A stretch of DNA of 63,811 nt, the filler included, from Octopus bimaculoides (lineage: Eukaryota), in assembly GCF_001194135.2 (NCBI RefSeq). It is 7 parts of 5 records of this genome, joined end to end, with 100 filler letters (N's around TTAATTAATTAA, not from the genome) between each part and the next. Parts side by side here need not be neighbours in the genome. Positions count along the whole stretch, not along the records: positions 28,061 to 34,578 come from NC_068984.1; positions 34,679 to 36,965 come from NC_068984.1; positions 37,066 to 48,618 come from NC_068984.1; 4 more parts are not named here. One strand, given 5' to 3'. A program made the position numbers and the translations under genes. Within the stretch, counting starts at the first letter, position 1. Each line of letters opens with the position of its first letter. Positions 29,378 through 38,405 of the stretch are shown piece after piece. The notes under the pieces are model-generated. The model saw only the letters and a program-made list of their open reading frames with translations, had not been told where the DNA came from and ran no database searches.

Positions 29378-30256
29378 AGCCAGACAGCTGCTCTGGCAAC
29401 GATCACGCTCAGACGGTGTTCTTAGTGCTCCACTAAGGGGCGGGGGGACCCTGTCAAAGGCTTTCTCCATGTCAACGAAAGCCAAGTACAGAGGTTTATC
29501 CTTGGCTAAGTATTTCTCCTGCAGCTGTCTTACCAGAAATATAGCATCAGTGGTGCTTTTCCCTGGCACGAACCCAAACTGCATCTCATCTAAACTGACT
29601 CGCTCCCTAATTAGTTGGGCTATGACCCTCTCCGTGACTTTCATTACCTGATCTAACAACTTTATACCTCTGTAATTATTTGTATCTAAAGTGTCACCTT
29701 TACCTTTGTAGCAGTTGACTATGGTGCTGCTACACCAGTCATTGGGTATGACTCCTTTGTGTATCATCTGGCTAACAATACGGGTGACTAGGCTATAGCT
29801 GACACTACCAGATATTTTGGGCATCCCTGCAGTGATTCCTGATGGGCCGGGGGCTTTCCCTGTCTTCATACTCTTAATTGCTTTATCTACAATGGTACTG
29901 TCAATTCGAAGAGCTGGTCCCTCTGTTGGGTCGACATTCGGCAGACTCTCTTTCTCCCATTCATTCTCTTTCTTGAGCAATTTTCCGTAGTGGCGTCTCC
30001 AAACCTCTTTCTTTGCAGCCTTGTTTAGTGCAAGTGTACCATCATCCATGCGAACACATTTCTCTCCCAGAACATCATGATTCTCTCTCACACACTGTCT
30101 TGCAACATGAAATACTTCAAGTCTTTGGTCCTCTCGGTACAGAACATTGGCAAACTTTTTCTTATCTGCTTCCCCTCTGGCTAAATAAACCTGTCTCCTA
30201 GCTTCCCTTCTGGCAGTCTGATATAATTCCCTGCTACCTCCATTCTTCTAGTCCTA
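29375..30256 (-). mobile_element. RTE-clade LINE fragment in opposite orientation: RT N-terminal domains joined to a 3'UTR-like piece
   Basis: ORF 29318..30091 has MKTGKAPGPSGI, YKGKGD, NYRGIKLL, QFGFVPGKSTTDAIF, LAFVDMEKAFDRVP. RT similarity stops at about 29435. Confidence 0.92.
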
Positions 30257-31195
30257 TAGATATATTTATATGCATATATATATATATANNNNNNNNNNNN
30301 NNNNNNNNNNNNNNNNNNNNNNNNNNNNNNNNNNNNNNNNNNNNNNNNNNNNNNNNNNNNNNNNNNNNNNNNNNNNNNNNNNNNNNNNNNNNNNNNNNNN
30401 NNNNNNNNNNNNNNNNNNNNNNNNNNNNNNNNNNNNNNNNNNNNNNNNNNNNNNNNNNNNNNNNNNNNNNNNNNNNNNNNNNNNNNNNNNNNNNNNNNNN
30501 NNNNNNNNNNNNNNNNNNNNNNNNNNNNNNNNNNNNNNNNNNNNNNNNNNNNNNNNNNNNNNNNNNNNNNNNNNNNNNNNNNNNNNNNNNNNNNNNNNNN
30601 NNNNNNNNNNNNNNNNNNNNNNNNNNNNNNNNNNNNNNNNNNNNNNNNNNNNNNNNNNNNNNNNNNNNNNNNNNNNNNNNNNNNNNNNNNNNNNNNNNNN
30701 NNNNNNNNNNNNNNNNNNNNNNNNNNNNNNNNNNNNNNNNNNNNNNNNNNNNNNNNNNNNNNNNNNNNNNNNNNNNNNNNNNNNNNNNNNNNNNNNNNNN
30801 NNNNNNNNNNNNNNNNNNNNNNNNNNNNNNNNNNNNNNNNNNNNNNNNNNNNNNNNNNNNNNNNNNNNNNNNNNNNNNNNNNNNNNNNNNNNNNNNNNNN
30901 NNNNNNNNNNNNNNNNNNNNNNNNNNNNNNNNNNNNNNNNNNNNNNNNNNNNNNNNNNNNNNNNNNNNNNNNNNNNNNNNNNNNNNNNNNNNNNNNNNNN
31001 NNNNNNNNNNNNNNNNNNNNNNNNNNNNNNNNNNNNNNNNNNNNNNNNNNNNNNNNNNNNNNNNNNNNNNNNNNNNNNNNNNNNNNNNNNNNNNNNNNNN
31101 NNNNNNNNNNNNNNNNNNNNNNNNNNNNNNNNNNNNNNNNNNNNNNNNNNNNNNNNNNNNNNNNNATATATATGCATATATATATATATATATGC

Positions 31196-31255
<60 letters not shown>

Positions 31256-31267
31256 TATTTATATTAT

Positions 31268-31707
31268 AACATTGGGTCTCACCGAGGCGATATGCCAAGT
31301 GAGACCTTAACCATGGCCTATGCCAGTGCAGCATAACCAGCCCATTTAAGAGCACCCTTCAATCATTGGGCAAAAAACTGCACTTGCAAAGACCTGTTGA
31401 GGCAAGTGATGTCGTTGTCGTGGCTGATGACAGTACTGCCTGATTGGCACCCATGCCAGGGGCACGTAAAAAGCATCATTTGAGTATGATCGTCGCCAGT
31501 GTTTCCTGACTGGCCTGCGTGCTGGTGGCACGCAAAAAGCACCAACTACACTCACGGAGTGGCTGGCGTTAGGAAGGGCATCCAGCTGTAGAAACATTGC
31601 CAGATCGGATTGGAGTCTGGTGCAGCCTTCCGGCTCGCCAGCCCGCAGTCAAACTTTTCAACCCATGCCAGGATGGAAAGAGGATGTTAAACGATGATGA
31701 TGATGAT
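31268..31707 (+). mobile_element. RTE 3' end / RTE-derived SINE with (GAT)n tail
   Basis: ..CTACACTCACGGAGTGGCTGGCGTTAGGAAGGGCATCCAGC...AACCCATGCCAGGATGGAAAG..GTTAAACGATGATGAT. The same tail occurs at 36590-36932 and 57115-57235. Confidence 0.75.
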
Positions 31708-31714
31708 CATCATC

Positions 31715-31749
<35 letters not shown>

Positions 31750-31856
31750 GAGTAATGCCTTGATACATGAATTATTATGTTCCCAGATTTTATTAAGCAA
31801 TCTTTCATAGTGGTGTCTAAGGGTGTGAAAGATTTCAGAACATTCATAAAGAGACA

Positions 31857-31904
31857 GTCTTACAGCTGTTTCCGGGATATTTCATATATCCCTTCATTAG
31901 AGAT
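31857..31904 (-). ncRNA. Hammerhead motif of another family, one core substitution (CUGAUGA>CUAAUGA)
   Basis: AUCU-CUAAUGA-A-GGGAUA(uaugaaa)UAUCCC-G-GAAA-CAGCUG-UA-AGAC. 6-bp helix II and palindromic ACAGCUGU helix III. Confidence 0.65.
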
Positions 31905-32064
31905 GGTGCGAGAAAAAGGTTAAGCAATAGTTATTCTAGAGAATATATGAAATAGAGAGTATATATATATATATTTTGATTTATATATATATTAATATTA
32001 TCTTGGTTGTAAAACTTCGATAATGTAAATATGTTAATAGTTACAAGGGTAGCAAAAATCACAC

Positions 32065-33773
32065 AAAAACTGGGATATATAAACTGTCTAAAGAAAAATA
32101 CATGGAATTACTGAAAACAGAAATAGAAAAAAATTATAAGACTACCAATAGTAATATACTCCGGAAAGCTAATCTGGAAGCTAAAAAAATTATGATCAAA
32201 TTTAACCTGCAAGATACAACTGAACCTTTGGACTCTAAACAACCTCGCTTTGTTCTTAAGGACCATAAAAAAAAAATTTTGGACCAACCGTTCTCTACGC
32301 CTAATTTGTCCCTCTAGATTAGACATAGGCGTTCTTAGCAAAAACATTCTGGACAAATACATACCTACAATAGTAGATAAGTTAAAACTAAGACTATGGT
32401 CAAATTCTTCTCAGGTAATAGAATGGTTTAGTTCAATTAAAGACAAGAGTAATACCAAATTTATACAGTTCGACATCTCTAATTTCTACTCATCAATTAA
32501 CCCCATAATTCTTAACAAAGCACTTTGGTTCACCCACAATAAGGCAGGTCTTTCTAGGGATGAATTTAGTGTAATATTAGCGGCTCGAAAATCAATTATA
32601 AAATTTAACAGTAAGCTATGGATTCGTAAGGATACTCCGGATGCTTTCGACGTTCCTATGGGAAGTTCGGATTCAGCTCAAATAGCTGATATAGTTTGTT
32701 TGTATATATTATATGAATTGGCAGACCAATTCCCAAATATTAATGGAGGTCTATACAGAGATGATTGTCTGCTATACCTCCAAAATGTCACTACTCAGCA
32801 CATCCAAAACGTTAAAAATAGATTAGCTAGATTCTTCCGGAGAATGGGTTTTGGCATCGTATTTGAGGATGAGGTCTCCATAGCCAACTTCCTAGATGTA
32901 ACTTTAGACTTACATAGGAACACACACTTACCTTTCCATAAACCATCAACGAACCTTAGGTACATAAGCCCTTTTAGTAACCACCCAAGGTCTATCACCA
33001 GTAATTTGGTTAAGAGTATTTCACTCAGACTTTCTAAACTTTCCTCTAACTCCCACATTTTCAATAAAGAGGCTGACTTTTATAATTCAGCCTTATTGCA
33101 GGCAGGTTACAAAGACAAGGTAAGATACATAAATTCATTTAGTGCTCTTTCATCTTTTGTACAACAGGATATTTCCATTTCTAGCAGGGATAAACTCAAT
33201 TCTATTTCTTCCCCTTCTCACTTAACTGAGAAAGTGGCACCTACTTATAATTATTCACATAAAAGAGGAGGCTTAACCGGCTCTAAACACCTTAATAAAA
33301 ACAAAAAACTTAATTTATTTAGCAATACCAACACTGCACCTAGATCTGATGACAACATCTGGTTCATAGTCCCATTTGGGAAACAAGTTAAATCCAATTT
33401 GGTTTTGCAGTCCTGCGATGCGGTGAATAGGAAATTTCCTAGGGGTTCTCACTTTTACCCAATCATCAACACACATAAGGTTAGATTTGGGTTTTCTAAT
33501 ACAAAAAATATGTTACAAATAATATCTTCCCATAATTTTAGACTTTTAGATTCACCTCTAGTCAGCCATACCAATTATGATAATAATAATAGTAATGATA
33601 ATAATAATAATAATAACAATTACTCCAGTAATTCAACACACTCATATGGTAGCAATAGTTATTTAGATAAAAATATAGGTAATAAGTACAACATTAGTAA
33701 ATATAACAATAACTATCACAACAATAAGATTAGTATCTTGGAATCTAATTGTAATAGAATCAAGTCAACATAG
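32065..33773 (+). mobile_element. Penelope-like element (PLE) reverse transcriptase ORF, 5'-truncated, one homopolymer frameshift, no GIY-YIG domain
   Basis: PLE RT motifs in order: KTGIYKLSKEKY, FVLKDHK, LRLICPS, FIQFDISNFYSSI, VPMGSSDSAQIAD, GLYRDD, NFLDVTLDL, PFHKPSTNLRYISPFSNHP, and thumb NIWFIVPF...SHN. ORFs 32102..32317 and 32250..33773 join if the A10 run at 32267-32276 is A9. Confidence 0.92.
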
Positions 33774-33939
33774 AATCTTCGTTAAGATAAGTGATGTTGT
33801 TCTTTTTACTAATACTACTGAACATCCAAATTCATTCAATAGTTAATAACAATATCTTTATATATGTTTTCCTTTTCTTAATCTACATAAAGTAATTCTT
33901 CATTAGACGATTTATGCCTTTAACTTGACAGATGATTAC

Positions 33940-33982
<43 letters not shown>

Positions 33983-34095
33983 ATAAAACCTTGACACTTT
34001 ATTGTACTAAATATTGCTTAAACATACAGATTTTTCTACTTTTTCCTATTTTATTTTATTGAATTTTAAATATAGGATACGTTTTTTGAAGTTAC

Positions 34096-34203
34096 AAGAC
34101 CTGAAGAGTGTCCTCATTCTGAGTGGTATTTATCTTGATCGATTTATTGTAGATTGACCAGATCTTTTCCACATTTATGTGGCCATGAAACACGTGTAGT
34201 CTT
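34096..34203 (+). ncRNA. Type I hammerhead ribozyme in the 3' (pLTR-like) region of the PLE
   Basis: Helix I aagac/gtctt. Core CUGAAGA at 34101-34107. Helix II GUG(U)CC/GG(C)CAU closes a long loop. GAAA at 34187-34190, palindromic helix III ACACGUGU, GUA cleavage triplet. Confidence 0.75.
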
Positions 34204-34502
34204 TTCACTTTCGTTTTGAAAATTTACTAAACTGAATTAAATTTTTATCTAATATTTTATAGATTTCATGGATTACAAATTTTCTCTTGGGTGTTTTAGA
34301 TTATTAAATTAGTATTTTGTATAGTACACTTTTCTTGATGGTGTCTGATCTCCTTCATCGTTAGAGTTGCACCATGGTGGTTCTTCTCTAAATTATTAAT
34401 ATATATAATATATATATATACATATATGTATATATAATATGCATATGAAATATGTAAATATATATATAATATATATATATACACACACATATATATATAT
34501 GT

Positions 34503-34578
<76 letters not shown>

Positions 34579-34719
34579 NNNNNNNNNNNNNNNNNNNNNN
34601 NNNNNNNNNNNNNNNNNNNNNNTTAATTAATTAANNNNNNNNNNNNNNNNNNNNNNNNNNNNNNNNNNNNNNNNNNNNATATATCAAATGCATTTTTAAA
34701 TCTCTCAGAGAGATTTATA

Positions 34720-34890
34720 CAGTAGCAGAATGCTTTGACAGCAGTTCATCTGTCTTCACTTTCTGAGTTCAAATTCCATCAAAGCCAACTTTACCCTTTA
34801 TTCTTTCAGAGTCAATAAAATAAGTACCACTTGAGTACTGGGGTCGAAGCAATTGACTTATCCCCTTGTACCAAAATTTGAAACCAATAC
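34720..34890 (+). mobile_element. SINE family A
   Basis: TTCTGAGTTCAAATTCC..ATAAAATAAGTACCACTTGAGTACTGGGGTCGA..CCAAAATTTGAAACC. Confidence 0.75.
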
Positions 34891-34893
34891 ATA

Positions 34894-34933
<40 letters not shown>

Positions 34934-35022
34934 GAATTATTTTAGGAGGTGGCATTCTTTTCTGATGTTTTTTGCTGTAAAGTAGGACTCACTAAATTCA
35001 AACTCAATATGTTATACCGTAC

Positions 35023-35095
35023 CTGCATCACATTCACCTGGAAGAGTTATTGTGACTATTCCCGTACTTTCCGTTTGGCCATAACCTTCATACAC
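35023..35095 (-). CDS. ACSL: Long-chain acyl-CoA synthetase, next internal exon (YGQTE adenylate-forming motif)
   Basis: Acceptor cttgtAG and donor GTacgg flank 73 nt (24 codons + 1 nt). Translation VYEGYGQTESTGIVTITLPGECDA(G) matches ACSL YEGYGQTECTAG...PGD..AG. It splices in frame (phase 0) to the 35954-36104 exon. Confidence 0.93.
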
Positions 35096-35547
35096 CTACA
35101 AGTAAGTGTATAGAAAAAAATATATATATATATTTGCAAGTCTGCGTGAAATATTTGGATGGTTGTGAGAAAGGGAAATGAGAAGCGCCGAGGTTGACGG
35201 TGTAGCCCCACATGTATTAATACTGCAAATGAAAAAAATCCTCATTACTGAAATGCCACTTAGGGTTAATGTCTGCTACTACAGCCCCAGGCTGACCAAA
35301 ATCTTGAAAGTGGATTTCATAGGCAGAAACTGAACGAAAGAAGCCCATTATAGACCTTCCAATGACGATTAGAAGTCAACCAGCGGCTGCTAAGCTGAGT
35401 GACACAGGATTTGTAAAACCAAGCATCACCAAAAATAAAACTTACTTTTATTATGTTGTTAATTGTTCTATTGTTTCTTAATATATAATTTTGTTGAAAG
35501 GTGATAGAGAGAGACTAATGTCTCTATTGCAACTATTAACCTTTTAC

Positions 35548-35925
35548 AACTGCATGGATCACTCATTGTCTTCCAAAGACGTTTTTTTCCATTTTTGAAG
35601 TGCTTGTGTCACTAGAAACAATGCATACGACCCATTGCCTTGTTGCCACAAGCTTGCTGAAGCATGCTCAATGTCTTCCTTAGTTCAACGCAAATTTTCA
35701 CATTGGATCTTTATTCCAACTTCCTGTCCATGACAAAATCACAGACTACAGCATAGACATGATCACAAAATCACAAATTTCACAACTTGCAAATTAAGCA
35801 CTGTGATGTCACTCAGTGTACTGCCTCATGAAGGTCACTCCTAGCTCTCACTGTGCATGCAACCATATGCTGCCATCTGTTGGCATGCTACAGAACTAGT
35901 CTGGGAACATTTTGATACCATCTAG
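35548..35925 (-). mobile_element. Mariner 5' relic (TIR + HTH N-terminus) inside the ACSL intron
   Basis: TA then CTAGATGGTATCAAAATGTTCCCAGACTAG (TIR-like). From the ATG at 35731 the translation is MDRKLE*RSNVKICVELRKTLSMLQQACGNKAMGRMHCF**HKHFKNGK. Confidence 0.75.
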
Positions 35926-35953
35926 TATTTAAAGAAATGTATTTTAAGCTTAC

Positions 35954-36104
35954 CTGGCAACCCAAAGCATAACGGAAAAAGTTCAAAATCTTTGCCAAGA
36001 TAGGGGCTGATCCTATAACAAGGAATTTAATATTGCCACCAAATAAATTTTGGATTTTTTTCAATATCAGTATATCCCACCAGGAATTATTTCGAAAAAT
36101 TCCT
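35954..36104 (-). CDS. ACSL: Long-chain acyl-CoA synthetase (ACSL1/5/6-like), internal exon
   Basis: Acceptor tttttctcttctgcAG and donor GTaagc flank 151 nt (1 nt + 50 codons). Translation GIFRNNSWWDILILKKIQNLFGGNIKFLVIGSAPILAKILNFFRYALGCQ matches the ACSL segment GIIRNNSLWD..IF.K.Q.SLGG.VR....GAAP....L.FLR.ALGCQ. Confidence 0.93.
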
Positions 36105-36311
36105 CTGCAGAAGAGAAAAAAAAATTATCATAGCATAAGAACAAACATTTAAAATAGCGGAGTATAATCAATTCATTGACTCTTAAAAGAGTGGAATATA
36201 ATCAATTCATTGACTCTTAAAAAAATATTGTTACTGATTTTATCCATATTGTCAAGCTGAAAAGTGAAGTCGTTGTGGAGTGATTTGAATGCAGAACTCA
36301 AAGAGAGATGT

Positions 36312-36451
36312 ACATCGTTTACATTTGATGGATATTTGTCCTCATCTTGTTTGTTGTTAACACAACGTTTCAGCTGATATACCCTCCAGCTTTCATCAGG
36401 TGTCTTGGAGAAATTTTCAACCTAGGTTCTCGTTCCTAAGGTATTTTTCGA

Positions 36452-36516
<65 letters not shown>

Positions 36517-36593
36517 TCACTGCCTGGAATCGAACTAGGAATCTTGGGGTTAGTAGCTTGCGCTCTCAACCAATACGCCCACAGGCATATGGC
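36312..36593 (-). mobile_element. Composite element: tRNA-like Pol III head + (AAT)n + hammerhead-containing body
   Basis: Minus strand reads GGCGTATTGGTTGAGAGCGC..CTACTAA..AGTTCGATTCCAGGC (A/B-box-like), then (AAT)n, then GAAAAATACCTTAGGAACGAGAACCTAGG, the hammerhead, and AACAACAAACAAGATGAGGAC. Homologous pieces occur at 1168-1270 and 55815-56618. Confidence 0.85.
36359..36404 (-). ncRNA. Minimal type I hammerhead ribozyme, intact core
   Basis: GACAC-CUGAUGA-A-AGCUG(gaggguauau)CAGCU-GAAA-CG-UU-GUGUU. Helix I GACAC/GUGUU, 5-bp helix II, palindromic ACGU helix III, GUU triplet. Confidence 0.8.
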
Positions 36594-36932
36594 ATTGGGC
36601 CTCATGGAGGCAAAGTGGCCAATGCCGGTGAAATGTGAAAAGCTCCTTTTGAGTGTTGGACCTCACGGATGGCTGAGACCTTTGGCATTACATTATGCTT
36701 GAGAAAAAGACCCATCAAACCAAGTAAAATTACAGTTGAGGCAGATACTGGTGTCACACAAATGGCACCCCTGCCAGTCGTATGTAAAAACACCATTACA
36801 CTCTCGGAGTGGTTGGCGTTAGGAAGGGCATCCAACCATAGAAACCATGCGGCTTTCCAGTTTCCCAGCTCTGGTCAAACCACCTAACCCATGCCAGCAT
36901 GGAAAGTGGACATTAAATAATGATGATGATGA
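36594..36932 (+). mobile_element. RTE 3' end with (GAT)n tail
   Basis: Remnant of the RDLW..MLEK C-terminus, then CACTCTCGGAGTGGTTGGCGTTAGGAAGGGCATCC...CCCATGCCAGCATGGAAAGTGGACATTAAATAATGATGAT. Confidence 0.75.
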
Positions 36933-37140
36933 TATAGATATGTGTATATATATATATATATATATNNNNNNNNNNNNNNNNNNNNNNNNNNNNNNNNNNN
37001 NNNNNNNNNTTAATTAATTAANNNNNNNNNNNNNNNNNNNNNNNNNNNNNNNNNNNNNNNNNNNNTATATATATACCAGCTATTAGGGAATTCTAAGGTT
37101 GAACGAGCTCTTATACGTTCTTAACAGAACACACCTCAAC

Positions 37141-37221
<81 letters not shown>

Positions 37222-37224
37222 TCT

Positions 37225-37530
37225 TATAATTGTTTCAGTCATTTGACTGCGGCCATGCTGGAGCACCACCTTTAGTCGAGCAAATCGACCTCAGGATTTA
37301 TTCTTTGTAAGCCTAGTACTTATTCTATCGGTCATTTTGCCGAGCCGCAAAGTTACGGTTGTCAAGCGATGGTGGGGGACAAGCAGACACAAATAACAAA
37401 TGCATGCATACATATATATATAAACACACATATATGACGAGCTTCTTCCAGTATCCGTCTACCAAATCCGCTCACAAGGCTTTGGTCGACCCGGGGCTAC
37501 AGTAGAAAACACTTGCCCAAGGTGCCACAT
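37225..37530 (-). mobile_element. SINE family B body + internal microsatellite + tail module (head missing)
   Basis: GGCACCTTGGGCAAGTGTTTTCTACTGTAGCCCCGGGTCGACCAAAGCCTTGTGAGCGGATTTGGTAGACGG, a (TA/TG) tract, then the tail ending CTCCAGCATGGCCGCAGTCAAATGACTGAAAC. Confidence 0.75.
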
Positions 37531-37749
37531 ATACATACCAATACACACACACATTACACATATAATATCTTATATGTACGCAAAGAGGTCTATAGTTATT
37601 ATTGTTGCGTTTTGAATCCCAATTACGTCATCCTATTCCAGTTTGCTTCTTAACATACTGGTTAAATAACTACTTTACATCGTAATACTACAAGTAAAGA
37701 GATACATACCAAGTATAGGAGAACTTAAGATGAACATGGTTTTATATAT

Positions 37750-38405
37750 TCTTTTCTACTCTTAGCACAAGGCCCGAAATTTTGGGAGAGGGGACCAGTC
37801 GATTACATCGACCCCAGTACGCAACTGGTACAAAATTTATCGAGGCCGAAAGATTGAAAGGCAAAGCCGACATCGACGGAGTTTGAACTCAGAACATAAA
37901 GACAGACGAAATACGGTTAAGCGTTTCACCCTGCGTGCTAACATTTCTGCCAGCTCACCGCCTTAACGAATGGAAAATATTCTTTTCTATTCTAGGCACA
38001 AGGCCTGAAGTTTTTGGGGAGGGGCCAGTCGATTAGATCGAAACCAGTACGCAACTGGTACTCAAATTATCGACCCCGAAAGGATGAAAGGCAAAGTCGA
38101 CCTCGGCGGAATTTCAACACAGAACATAGCGGCAGACGAAATACCGCTAAGCATTCCGTCCGGTGTGCTAACGTTTCTTTACTGCCCACAAGGGGCTACA
38201 CACATAGGGGACAAACAAGGACAGACAAACGGATTAAGTCGATTATATCGACCCCAGTGTGTAATTGGTTCTTATTTAATCGACCCCCAAAAGGATGAAA
38301 GGCAAAGTCGACCTCGGCGGAATTTGAACTCAGAACGTAAAGACAGACGAAATACCGCTAAGCTTTACGCACCTGGTGCTAACGTTTCTGCCAGCTCATC
38401 ACCTT
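37750..38405 (-). mobile_element. Three head-to-tail SINE family A copies
   Basis: GAAAGG(A)TGAAAGGCAAAG(T/C)CGAC..TTTGAACTCAGAAC..GACGAAATAC recurs at about 37850, 38080 and 38290. Confidence 0.85.

Noticed and set aside
36160-36222. Short local tandem duplications (also 21368-21412, 48945-49010, 50930-51060, 55030-55095, 60166-60325)
   Set aside because: Ordinary slippage-type duplications with no sign of function.
36512-36593. Functional tRNA gene in the SINE heads (also 56545-56618, 63720-63785)
   Set aside because: A/B boxes are present but there is no complete cloverleaf or acceptor stem, and they are embedded in repeats.
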